The notes under the pieces are model-generated. The model saw only the letters and a program-made list of their open reading frames with translations, searched no databases and was not told the DNA's origin. Shown here piece by piece: positions 9,413 to 19,436 of a stretch of DNA of 64,000 nucleotides (its first letter is position 1; each line of letters begins with the position of its first letter). The translations under genes were made by a program, and so were the position numbers. This DNA comes from an uncultured delta proteobacterium (GTDB taxonomy: Bacteria > Desulfobacterota > Desulfobacteria > Desulfobacterales > B30-G6), in contig CAVUUM010000026.1 in NCBI GenBank assembly GCA_963744665.1, forward strand, positions 97,270 through 161,269, given 5' to 3'.

Positions 9413-10550
9413 CAAAGGGACACATTATATGTTTTATCAGCTTATCAAAAAAATGGATACCAGGAAAAAACTTGGTAAAAGGATTTTAAGTCGCCTTATT
9501 ACGGAGGAAAAAAGGTTAAAGCTGGAACGATATCTAAAAGATGGACCCAGAAGAAAAATGATCAGACAGGTCAGCGACGCCGGGACGTCTCACCTGGAGG
9601 ATATTCTTCAGATTTGTTTGCAGCATATATCACCGGTAACAACGCCCCTTGTGCTGCTTTCTCAAGTATCGTGCTCGGGGGGATCACTTCTGGGCCGTCT
9701 TTTGGACGGGCACTCCAACCTGCATACATATCCGCATTCTTTCGCGGTTGAGGCCCCTGGCACGGGTTCATGGCCGGAAATTGATATCAAAGGCAACCCG
9801 GAAGAATGGTTGAAAATCTTCTCCAGAGCCACAATCCTTGACGGTATCCGGGAAAGGTTCAAACAAGACAAAGCAGACAATGCTCGATTTCCCTTCATCT
9901 ATCTACCGGTTCTTGAAAAACAACTATTCATCAAATATATGGAATCCGTTCAACCGCTAAACACGCGCCATGTATTTGATGCCCATATGACCGCCTGTCT
10001 CGGGGCCTGGCTCAATTATCAAAACCATGGACCTGACAAGAAATTCGTAACAACTTACGCACCCGGTTTGAGCGTACAGAACCAGGCGGAAAATAACTTC
10101 TTTGAAATATACCCTGACGGCAGACTGATTTCCATCATCAGGAATCCTGTGGACTGGTTTGCTTCTGCTTCCAGGTTCGAACCGAAAATCTTCGGGGATG
10201 TTGAATCAGCACTCGGCCTCTGGAAGAAAAGTGTCCGGGCTACAATGGAAGCCCGGGAAAGATTTGGTGATCGCGTCTGCCTCATTCAATTCAAAAGTCT
10301 GACAGACCAGAGGGAACCCGTTATGCGCCATCTGGCGAATTTTCTGGGAATCACCTATGAAAACATCCTTCTGGAACCGACCTTCAACCAGATCCCCATC
10401 CAATCGCCTGACAGCATTAGAACAGACCACTCCCCTGGAAAACATCAAGGTGTCACCGAATCTAAAACGATCGATAACGATCAGCGGGCACGCATTGAGG
10501 AAATGACAGCCGCAACGTATCAATCAGCATTACAGCATGTCGAGGGCTGA
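9405..10550 (+). CDS. Sulfotransferase-family protein (second copy)
   Basis: 381-aa ORF with SQVSCSGGSLLGRLLDGH and LISIIRNPVDWFAS, parallel to 7025..8065. The true start may be an internal Met (9429 or 9453). Confidence 0.65.
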   Translation: MHSKGTHYMFYQLIKKMDTRKKLGKRILSRLITEEKRLKLERYLKDGPRRKMIRQVSDAGTSHLEDILQICLQHISPVTTPLVLLSQVSCSGGSLLGRLLDGHSNLHTYPHSFAVEAPGTGSWPEIDIKGNPEEWLKIFSRATILDGIRERFKQDKADNARFPFIYLPVLEKQLFIKYMESVQPLNTRHVFDAHMTACLGAWLNYQNHGPDKKFVTTYAPGLSVQNQAENNFFEIYPDGRLISIIRNPVDWFASASRFEPKIFGDVESALGLWKKSVRATMEARERFGDRVCLIQFKSLTDQREPVMRHLANFLGITYENILLEPTFNQIPIQSPDSIRTDHSPGKHQGVTESKTIDNDQRARIEEMTAATYQSALQHVEG

Positions 10551-10636
10551 TCCTTGAACGGCTGTCCATCGTTCGGCAGTCTTCACACGAACAATAGGGT
10601 TCAGTGACGGATATGTCGAGCAGAACGATGATAATC

Positions 10637-12040
10637 TCAACGGCTGATTTTAAATATCTTGTCACGGATCTGGCGCAATTGAAGCGGGGTGTCTTCTCCG
10701 AGCACCCGCTGAAAACGGGCTATCCGGTCTGTAAGCTCCCTGGGGGTAATCCCGGGATAGCGGTGCCGTTCAAAAGCGATTGACTTAAAGGAACCCGGCA
10801 AATACGCTTTGTGAGTCTTTCGCACGCGACGCCGGGTGGCCTGGTACCAACCCACCAGCCGTTTCTTTAGCGTCGGTTCGGGCGTGCGGCGCATGTCGTC
10901 CGCGATCCTGTCCAGAATATCGACCATCCGTGAACAGGCCAGGGGGCCATCTTGTCCCGCCAGGAAACGCTCGATCAGGGCTTTTCTCCCCTCCCCCTTG
11001 GCAACACCCAGTTCACCATCAAGAATACGCGCAAGGGTTGTCCGCAATTCGTCAAAATCAAAACACTGATGGCTCAAGCGGTTGGGTAACCGGTAAAAAC
11101 CATCGTCGTAGAAATCGTTGATTGTTTTGCGGTATGAAACAGCAGGCACCCGCATGACAAACGCTTCCACACCCGTGGTGCAGCCGTTGTGAACAAGCAC
11201 CCTGGCAGCCATTAACCAGGGAACCACATTGCCCTCATTGGTTACCCTTACCCTCCGGCAACGGGCGGCAATCTCGTGGTAAATATCCTGATTTTCAGTG
11301 GGATGCGGTCGCACCACAATGGTGTGATCCGGAAAGGCCTGGTCCAGTTCGGGTATCAGTTTCTGGAAATCCTCAAAAACGGCCTGTTTATGATCCCGGA
11401 ACCCCTCAGCGTACTCACGATCCATCCCCCGGGCTGCCTGGCCGAATCTGGCTTTTTCCCCAGGCACCTTCACCGGCTGGAATAAATTCTGGGTCGGATA
11501 AAACGCATTGACATGATTAAAATTGGTGTTGATAAGAATGAAGTCGCCGTAAGTCTTATGGATCTGATCGGCCTCGGGTTTATAATACCCCTGCATATCC
11601 GGCCGCAGCAGATCCACGCGTGGATTACCGGTGATATGAATCGGAATTCCGGGGGGCAATTGGGGATATTGCCGCCACAGTTCGGCGTTGTCCTCACCCC
11701 AGGCAAACAAGTGAGACACGTTCTCCATTCCCACAGGTGAGAGCCGGCGTGAAAAATAGGTTTCGGCCGGCAGATGAACCAGCGCCTCTTCATCCCAGGC
11801 TACTATTTCATGACCCAGCAAACGTGAGATCGGGAAAAATCTGCGTTTCACGATCCGCAGAGATTTGGACAAGAAAATTCCGCGGGGAAAAGAGGCGATG
11901 TGGTTTTCGATTTTCCTCTTGGGCCCGATGATGGAAGTAAAATCCCGTTTGGCGGCAACACACGCCAGCAAAAGCTTGGCGTCCAGTTCACGCACCTGGT
12001 TTTCCACCGGTATTAACAATACAGGTTTCTTCATTTTCAT
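10637..12040 (-). CDS. Surface-carbohydrate biosynthesis protein, paralog of 5566..6969
   Basis: The ORF runs 10637..12184. I place the start at the ATG at 12040..12038 (MKMKKPVLLIPVENQ) because it is preceded by AAGGA and matches the paralog N-terminus. Confidence 0.75.
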   Translation of the reverse strand: MKMKKPVLLIPVENQVRELDAKLLLACVAAKRDFTSIIGPKRKIENHIASFPRGIFLSKSLRIVKRRFFPISRLLGHEIVAWDEEALVHLPAETYFSRRLSPVGMENVSHLFAWGEDNAELWRQYPQLPPGIPIHITGNPRVDLLRPDMQGYYKPEADQIHKTYGDFILINTNFNHVNAFYPTQNLFQPVKVPGEKARFGQAARGMDREYAEGFRDHKQAVFEDFQKLIPELDQAFPDHTIVVRPHPTENQDIYHEIAARCRRVRVTNEGNVVPWLMAARVLVHNGCTTGVEAFVMRVPAVSYRKTINDFYDDGFYRLPNRLSHQCFDFDELRTTLARILDGELGVAKGEGRKALIERFLAGQDGPLACSRMVDILDRIADDMRRTPEPTLKKRLVGWYQATRRRVRKTHKAYLPGSFKSIAFERHRYPGITPRELTDRIARFQRVLGEDTPLQLRQIRDKIFKISR

Positions 12041-12388
12041 ATCCTTGCCATCTTGGGTCTGTGCATCATTGCCCCTTACAGGGTCCCCTTGCATTTGGTT
12101 TGTCAGTGCTCTCAACAGGGATTGACTTTCCGGACAATGTAAGCGCTGAGTATTACAACAGGATGATTTTGTGTCAAGCCGCATCGTGCGCTCGGGTGTT
12201 CAAAATTGCTCCGTCTGGAAAACAAATGGGTTGACATATGGCTGTCCTGTTACCATTTTCACACATGCATCATTTGTTAACGGTTTTATAACCATCATTT
12301 AAAAACACCACGGCAAGATTTCGGCGAGATCAGTTGCCTCGCCACGGGGAATGCGCGCCTTATTGCTGTTCGGCAGGAAAACCATTCT

Positions 12389-13345
12389 ATGGGGATTCGA
12401 AAACAATTCTTTTTGTTTGTCTTTTCTTTTATGGCTATTGCCTTAACGGGTTTTCCACATTCAACCCGAGCCCAGTCCTATTCTCAAATCGAACTTGATC
12501 AAAAGCGTGTATCGTGGACACAACTATCGTACAAAATCAAAAACTTCTCAGCGGATGTAGACGTCCAGGTGCAGTTGGAATCACTGCCGGCTGAAGAAGT
12601 TGAAGCAGCATTGATAAAGAGTCCCCAGGGCGCTCCAATAAAGGCTTGTAGCCCGGATGCCAATAGGATCACCGTCCACTATAGGGTCGATTCCATATTT
12701 AAACCGCCCGTAAAGACCATCAATCAGGTCTGGTTCAATCCAAAAGATGCAACAGCGCTGGGAAGGATCAGACTACGAAGGGGCAATGAAGATTTTGAAA
12801 AACGCTACCGATTCACCGAGCAGGGTGTCTTTAGACATCAGCGGGAGCCGAAAGATCAGCAGGAATTATTAAAACAACCAGACAAATGGACAGATGTCAA
12901 AGATACATTCTATGCCTACGACCTGGATCAACTGGGATGTCCCAACATCACCGAACGTCTGGTACTGATTTATATTGCTTCGGCCTCAGTCGCTGAAATA
13001 TCCAAAAGCATGCAGCCGCTTTCTTTTTGTGTTTTTGGGAGAAGACAATTATTTCATGTGCGGCTTAAACCAGAAGGATTTCACTCACTGAAGGTTGACT
13101 TCATGGAAAAAAAACAGCAAGGTGACATTCGTCGTCAGGGCGAAATCCAGGCACTTAAAATCGTACTCGAGGTACAACCGCTGGCATCGGAGCTGAAAAA
13201 AGGTGAAGACTTCTCTTTCCTCGGATTTCAGGAAGACATTGCTATTTTCATCGATCCCCGTTCGACCATACCCATCCAACTAAGTGGTCAAATACCGATG
13301 GTCGGCAATAAGACCATAAAACTGAGCGAAGTAACGTTGAGATAA
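12389..13345 (+). CDS. Hypothetical secreted protein
   Basis: 318-aa ORF with a signal-peptide-like N-terminus (FFLFVFSFMAIALTGFPHSTRAQ). I recognise no family. Confidence 0.55.
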   Translation: MGIRKQFFLFVFSFMAIALTGFPHSTRAQSYSQIELDQKRVSWTQLSYKIKNFSADVDVQVQLESLPAEEVEAALIKSPQGAPIKACSPDANRITVHYRVDSIFKPPVKTINQVWFNPKDATALGRIRLRRGNEDFEKRYRFTEQGVFRHQREPKDQQELLKQPDKWTDVKDTFYAYDLDQLGCPNITERLVLIYIASASVAEISKSMQPLSFCVFGRRQLFHVRLKPEGFHSLKVDFMEKKQQGDIRRQGEIQALKIVLEVQPLASELKKGEDFSFLGFQEDIAIFIDPRSTIPIQLSGQIPMVGNKTIKLSEVTLR

Positions 13346-13524
13346 AGAACCCGATGTCAAAAACTGAATGAACATCGAACGTCCAACATCGAATGTTGAA
13401 TTTGAAATTACCACAGAGATTGGAGTCGTTCCGGTCCTCAACAACAAATCAAAGTAGTTTGAAATTACTGTCCAGACAAATCAGGAGGCACATGTTTCGG
13501 TTAAAATGTCGCCTAACAAGTTCA

Positions 13525-13854
13525 TCATTTCCACCCCCCAAGAAGGTGAAGATGCAGGTGGAAAATCATCTGGCCTCCGCCTCGCTCCACATTGAAAACA
13601 AGCTTGTAACCTGAAGCGGCTATTCCCACTTCATTGGCCATATGTTTCCCCGCTGAGATCAGGGATGATACAATGGTGTCGTCCGATATTCCCAGGTCGT
13701 TGATACTGCGGATATGCTTTTTAGGAACCACCAGCAGGTGCACCGGCGCATGCGGATGAATGTCCTTGAAAACCACCAGGGATTCATTTTCGAATAAAAA
13801 TTCCGTTTCTGTTTTGCCGTTCACGATATTGCAGAAAATACAGTCTGTTGTCAC
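13525..13854 (-). CDS. HIT-family (histidine triad) nucleotide hydrolase
   Basis: 109-aa ORF with CIFCNIV... and the HLHLHLLGG triad. Confidence 0.85.
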   Translation of the reverse strand: MTTDCIFCNIVNGKTETEFLFENESLVVFKDIHPHAPVHLLVVPKKHIRSINDLGISDDTIVSSLISAGKHMANEVGIAASGYKLVFNVERGGGQMIFHLHLHLLGGWK

Positions 13855-14021
13855 CGGACACCCCTTTTTTTTATTCTTGACAGCCTATTTACTACATTGT
13901 AGCATATAGCAATTGCTAAATAAACATATCCTTTGAAATTGTTTTTTCTCCCTTATTCTTGATGAAATTGTAAAAAGTCAGAATCAGACGGTTTCGAAAA
14001 AAAGTTCAAATTGAAGAACCT

Positions 14022-14138
14022 CGCAGCAAGCTGCGAGGAATCTTCGACCGTAAGGAATTCTGTCTAATTTAGATTCGCTCGCTAACCCCGCAGCAAGCTA
14101 CGGGGAATGCGCTCGCTATTTCGGTTCAAGGCGTGCAA
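14022..14138 (+). repeat. REP/MITE-like intergenic repeat, family A, copy 1
   Basis: It contains the hairpins cctcgcagcaagctgcgagg and ccccgcagcaagctacgggg. An ~85-nt core is nearly identical to 30270..30360. Related copies lie at 16724..16812 and 53050..53135 in reverse orientation. Confidence 0.8.
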
Positions 14139-14279
14139 GTTTTGTAATCATGAGGCGTACGGTTCGTACGTTGAATGATTACGAAATGCAGCACAACGCA
14201 GAAGTTGGACTTTTTACGAGACCGTCATTGTTAAAACTTGAAACGCTCATCTTAGGTCTAACCATGAGGTATCGATGCC

Positions 14280-14843
14280 ATGAAAAAAAACAACATTATC
14301 AAAGCAGCGACCCGCTTTTTTGCCTCACAGGGTTTTGACGGAACGACAACCAAGACAATCTCAGACAAAGCCGGTGTAACAGAACCACTTCTGTACTATC
14401 ACTTTTCCGGAAAAGATGAAATCTACACATCGATTTTTGATTCGATCTTTTCTGAATACTTCAACCAATTGGACGTGTTGAAAACGGAAACCAATACCCT
14501 GTTTGAAAAAATTGAAAGCCTTTTTCTGGTACACTTCACGCTTGTCAAAAAAATGCCCAATGAAATGGCTCTCATTTTGTCTCCCCGACCCGCAAAACTA
14601 AACGACCCGGACAACATTTACACAAAAAACACAAAACAACACAAGAAATGGCTGAAATCCTATATCAGCGACTGTTTAAAGAAAGGGATCGATTCCGGTG
14701 AGTTTAATCCCGTTCAGATTAAAGAGACCACCAGCATCATCATCATGATGCTCAACGAAATCCTTCATAAAAAAGAATATAAGGACACCCAAGCCATGCG
14801 GGATTCTGTGATAGGTTTCTGGCGAAAAATTCTGGTGTCCTGA
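14280..14843 (+). CDS. TetR-family transcriptional regulator
   Basis: 187-aa ORF with the N-terminal HTH AATRFFASQGFDGTTTKTISDKAGVTEPLLYYHF. Confidence 0.85.
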   Translation: MKKNNIIKAATRFFASQGFDGTTTKTISDKAGVTEPLLYYHFSGKDEIYTSIFDSIFSEYFNQLDVLKTETNTLFEKIESLFLVHFTLVKKMPNEMALILSPRPAKLNDPDNIYTKNTKQHKKWLKSYISDCLKKGIDSGEFNPVQIKETTSIIIMMLNEILHKKEYKDTQAMRDSVIGFWRKILVS

Positions 14844-15114
14844 CAACAAATCCGAACAATCAAACTTGACCATCGTGCCACTATGTGGTATGTTATTGTA
14901 GACGCTTCTGAATCGATCTGATACAGGTGCGTGTTACCAAAAACAATCACCACAACAAAAAGGGATTTGCTTTTACAATAGCAATCCCCTTTTAAATTAT
15001 TGAAACTGATCAATAAGCAAACGCTCGCTATGGCATTTGTCCGGGCTTCCCTGGTTTACGCGCAGACGGCATACAGGGAAGCCCGTATCCCGATTTATTT
15101 TTATTCAGTGGAAT

Positions 15115-16500
15115 CTATATGAGTCCTTTGCTCTCTAATCGCTTGACACAATTGATGTCAATATCCAGGATTTTGGCAATACGAATTTTAGCCTCAATTC
15201 CCTTCACACATCCAGGTAGTGGGGAAAGACTGCCCATCTCCAAATCTTCACGGATTTCCGTCATTACCACCGGATCGGAAAGATCATGAACTGAAACACG
15301 CAACTTGTCTGCCACATAGGCCTTGGCGTCGTTTATCTTCATACCACGGGTCATCTGCATTCGTGCCACCAGATCTCCGGCAGCCCGCATTCCACCCATG
15401 CCCGAGGCAATAGCGTGGGAAATAGCCATGCCTAACGGATCACCTACGCCAACCTACAACCCGTCGAGCCGGCAGATTTCCACCATGGCCGCAGAGGCGC
15501 GGGATGTAATGTCCACCGGCGGGTGATTGGTCATGGGAACACCGCCGACGCCCATACCCATGTTCGCATGGATCGGAATGTTGGCCACGTCACAGCAGGC
15601 TTTGGTAAAAGTAATGGCCCGAGCCAGATTCCAGGGGCAGGAATGATTGGTTTTGACATTGACCACCGGTCCAAAAATTGTCACGCCGGCTTTTTCCGCC
15701 ATCCTGACTTGATCATGGGCATACATACCGGCCAAGCGTTCGCCCTGGTACCTCAAATCCCCGTGCATTCCTAGAACAAATTCCCCTGCCATTCCAAGTT
15801 CAATACAGATACCGGGATACTTTTCATTCAGAATTTCAGAAGCCTTCAAACCGGCAAGGAAATCAGCATCCCCCGCCGCACCTACGGTATCAAGATTGAC
15901 ACCGTCTGCTCCGGATTCAACCATGGCGCCGGCAACAAAGACAATATCTTTGACAGCGGCCTCTACTGAATTCTCATAAGATTTTTGAACTTCGTCAATC
16001 TTTCCCATGGTCAACAGTTCCGAGGGATTTTGAAAAGGACCGTCCGGTTGGGTATACAAACCCAGGTTCGGCATGGCACCGTAGAAGAGTGGCGGGTGCG
16101 TCACCATCAATACTTGCTCCAGAACGGTTTGTTCCATGCTCACAATCGGTTTGACCTGCTTGTAGCTGTAGTCGATATGACCCAGTTCAAGGGTATCCGC
16201 TCCCAATAGCTTTTCATAGACCTGCAATGCTTGAACACGATGGACATCGATGGCAGTGCGCATCATCTTGATGGGTGCACCGTCATAAGAAAGTACGACT
16301 TCATTACCAGGTTCCACACCCACAAAACGATACGGTGTCATAAAAAGATCGAACAGGTATAGCAGCGCTTCTTTTGAAAGAGGGGCAATCCTGCCGTATT
16401 TGGCAGCATTTTCCGCACCTTCAACCAGATCGCTCATGAGTTGTTTTTCAGTCATTTCAACGGGAAACCCATCACCCATTCGTGTCATTATTTTTCCCAT
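15115..16500 (-). CDS. mtbB: Dimethylamine:corrinoid methyltransferase with in-frame UAG (pyrrolysine) at 15456..15454
   Basis: ORFs 15454..16500 and 15115..15429 share one frame and are separated only by TAG plus 8 sense codons. The joined sequence reads ...[45 protein letters not shown]. That matches my memory of the region around the Pyl codon in Methanosarcina MtbB. The N-terminal part ([40 protein letters not shown]) is also MtbB-like. The joined length is 461 codons. Confidence 0.85.
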
Positions 16501-16581
16501 AAGATCTCCTTTTTCACGTTATTTAAAACCTGGTCCTTTGGGCTAGGTCAGAGATATTTGGCTATGCCGAATGCGATAGTT

Positions 16582-16870
16582 ACTTAAATCCGAAGCACGA
16601 AATTCGAAATCCTAAACGGTTCGACAGGCTCACCACCCCGAGCAACGTCGAAAGGCAATACTTAAAGATCCAAATTCGAATGATCAAAACAAGACCGTGG
16701 AGATACAAGTTCGAGCACTATGTTTGAACCGCCATAGCGAGCGCATTCCCCGTAGCTTTAACCCCGTAGCTTGTCGAAGATCCCGGTTTATCGGGGCTGC
16801 GAGGATCTTCATTCATTTGAGCATTTGATATTTGGATTTGTTTTGTATTTCGATATTCGGATTTAGAATT
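16582..16870. repeat. Composite palindromic intergenic element (terminal inverted aaatccgaa/ttcggattt) enclosing family A copy 3 (16724..16812)
   Basis: The left arm (taaatccgaagcacgaaattcgaaatcc...caaattcgaatgatcaaaacaag) and right arm (gatatttggatttgttttgtatttcgatattcggattta) are imperfect reverse complements. A fragment of it (atttcgtgcttcg) recurs near 47455. Confidence 0.6.
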
Positions 16871-16949
16871 TATCATACGCTAAATGTGCATAATATTAAT
16901 CCCTTATAGGGTCGAATCAGTAGCAGGCCCTTTGGACCCGGGTATTTAT

Positions 16950-18449
16950 CTATTTGGAGACTTTGAGTTCCTTTTCTGCTTCCTCCACAATCGCTCGCAT
17001 GGTGGCCAGAACATCATCGGGCAGCGGGTCAGGCTTGTGGGTTTCTAAAATACGCCGCGCCTCTTCCGAAGCCCTTGCATATATATCTGTACTGCCGGAG
17101 GCCTCCCATTCTTCCCGCATCCTGCGATCGATGAGTTTAGGCTGGGATTGAGACCGCATGTGTTTGAACGTGGCATCATGACTGAGGAAATTTTTCCCTA
17201 TCCCAATCTCCCGAATGACGTCCACTGCCAGCGTTTCGTCGTTGACGGGGATTCCATGCAGCAAGAATTTGATCATCTTGGCAAATTCGTTGTCCATAAC
17301 CAGTTGGCCGAAATCGATGGTCATGCCCATTTCGATCATACCCAGGCCGTAAATCAGGTTGGCACCTGCCAACGCTGGTAACAGGCCTGTGATGGTTTTC
17401 TCGTGACCGGACTGGGCATCACAGACTTTGCTGTCGCCCTACCCGCCAGCGACCCAGCTGGGAAGCAGATAGTAGATGGACATTTGAGCCACCGCGGCGT
17501 TGATCAAAGCACACTCAGGAGATCCCACGGATGCGGCAGCCAGCCTCAGATCCATGGCCGTCGTGGAACTGCCGTAAATAAATTTCGCTCCTTTACGGGT
17601 ACACTGACTGAGCACAAGTCCTCCAAGGATTTCCGCGTTATGATCCACCAGGGTGCCGGCCAAGGTCACTGGAGACGAGCCACCGGCCATGGCCATGGAT
17701 AAAACATTTACGGCCAAATCTGCCCGAGCGGATTCCATGATAATTTCACAGCTGTCCTTAACAAGCTGCAGCGGACTCACCGGGCAGGTAATAAACGAAA
17801 TAATGGGACGCTCTTTCAGTTTTTCCTTGCCGCCGACAATGGCAGCGGCCATTTCAACAATTTTTTTGGTCAAATATCCATTGCCGGACCCCATGAACCC
17901 ATGTTTGGTCGTGTTGGGCAGCCAGGCTTCGGCGTTATGAAGCTGCACCGTCTGCGTCGGCACATCACTGGCGCCAACGGCCCGTTCATAAACATCGATT
18001 TCGCTCAGATAGTCGGCAATCAGAGCCGAGGCAGCCACATCCGCCTTGGTCGTCTCCCGATGCTCCCCCGTGTATGGGTCGTTAATAAAAACGCCTTCCC
18101 CAAAATTAGTGAAGCCTACGCGGTTTTTTTCCATAATAAAGTCGTTTTTTGAATCACGCCCGTACAACACAATTTTTGGCGGTGCTGAACGGATGGCGTC
18201 CTCAACCATGTGAGGGGGGAACTTGGCTATACGGTTCTTTTTGTCGATGACAGCGCCTCCGCCATCGAGGACAGCCAGCGCCTCTTCATCCTCGAAAAAA
18301 AGACCGGTCTTTTCCAGAACCTCAAGTGTGGCCAGATGAATTTCATCCATTTCCTCATCGGTAAAGACCTTGAATTCTAGGCCACCATCCCTGCTTTTTC
18401 CTGCTCGCATATTGCGTCTCAAGAAATCACCTCCTTTTGGTTTTACCAA
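16950..18449 (-). CDS. mttB: Trimethylamine:corrinoid methyltransferase with in-frame UAG (pyrrolysine) at 17441..17439
   Basis: ORFs 17439..18449 and 16950..17372 share one frame. I read the codons across the gap as ...[50 protein letters not shown] with no other stop. The joined length is 499 codons, with the UAG at codon 337. That size and position fit my memory of archaeal MttB. Confidence 0.85.
17385..17426 (-). other. 10-bp stem-loop in the mttB mRNA, starting 12 nt 3' of the in-frame UAG
   Basis: In the sense RNA, GUCUGUGAUG (17426..17417) pairs with CAUCACAGGC (17394..17385). That gives 9 Watson-Crick pairs plus one G-U and a 22-nt loop. The G-U position is a C-A mismatch on the opposite strand, so the structure is specific to the sense strand. 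Confidence 0.4.
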
Positions 18450-18674
18450 TTTACCTCAAATAGGAAACGATAACAGATCCTTTTCAGTTTAGCAAGGGAT
18501 CGGTTGCGGTGTTAGCTGAGTATACAACATTATTTTAGATAGTTATATTTAATGTCGCCAGGATTTTTTGTTGCCGGTCAAGATTGAAACGATTAAAGCA
18601 TATTGACAGGCAATACCCTAACTTCTTAAAGTCTGATAATGAGCAAACATTTTCATCGATAAAGGAAACGTCCC

Positions 18675-19436
18675 ATGAACTGGATAATGGACCCGAATAT
18701 CTGGCTGGCCTTATTGACATTGAGTGCCATTGAAATTGTGCTAGGTGTCGACAATATTGTTTTTATCGCTATTTTAGCCGGCAAACTTCCCGAACATCAA
18801 CAGGCCAGAGGACGAACAATCGGATTGATTTTGGCAATGGCCACACGAATTCTGCTTCTTTTTTCCATTACCCTGATCATGAAATTGACCCAACCGCTTT
18901 TTGTGATTTTTTCTTTTGAGATATCGGGTCGTGATATCATTCTGATTGCCGGTGGATTGTTTCTTCTGGTGAAGAGCACACTCGAAATTCACAGCAATCT
19001 GGAAGGCGAAGAAGCACACGTACAACAGGACCGGGTCAAAAAAGCAACATTTACAAGCGTGGTGACCCAGATCATGATCCTGGACATTGTTTTTTCAATC
19101 GATTCCGTGGTCACGGCCATTGGCCTGGCCAAGCAACTCAGTATCATGGTTGCGGCCATTGTTATCGCCGTTATCGTCATGATCTTTTTAGCGGGGCGCA
19201 TCAGTTCGTTTGTCGATAATCATCCAACCATCAAAATGCTGGCGCTGAGCTTTCTTTTGCTCATAGGCATCTCCCTGGTGGGGGAGGGGCTGGCGCTGCA
19301 CATCCCCAAGGGGTATATCTATTTTGCCATGGCGTTTTCGATATTCGTCGAAATCCTCAACATGAAAATCCGCAAGCATCGGGTCAAACCTGTAAAACTT
19401 CGCAACCCCAGGTCGGCAAAAATCATCCACACATAA
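18675..19436 (+). CDS. TerC-family integral membrane protein
   Basis: 253-aa ORF. LALLTLSAIEIVLGVDNIVFIAILAGKLP is typical of TerC/YoaE. There are multiple TM segments. Confidence 0.8.
   Translation: MNWIMDPNIWLALLTLSAIEIVLGVDNIVFIAILAGKLPEHQQARGRTIGLILAMATRILLLFSITLIMKLTQPLFVIFSFEISGRDIILIAGGLFLLVKSTLEIHSNLEGEEAHVQQDRVKKATFTSVVTQIMILDIVFSIDSVVTAIGLAKQLSIMVAAIVIAVIVMIFLAGRISSFVDNHPTIKMLALSFLLLIGISLVGEGLALHIPKGYIYFAMAFSIFVEILNMKIRKHRVKPVKLRNPRSAKIIHT

Noticed and set aside
15043-15084. The hairpin gggcttccctg...cagggaagccc downstream of mtbB as its terminator
   Set aside because: The loop is 20 nt and no U-tract follows on the mtbB (minus) strand. The T-rich run lies on the plus strand, 200 nt beyond the TetR gene. 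The assignment is ambiguous, so I did not call it.
15400-15456. A PYLIS-like structure after the mtbB UAG
   Set aside because: By eye I found only 3-4-bp stems in the 100 nt downstream. I found nothing comparable to the mttB hairpin.
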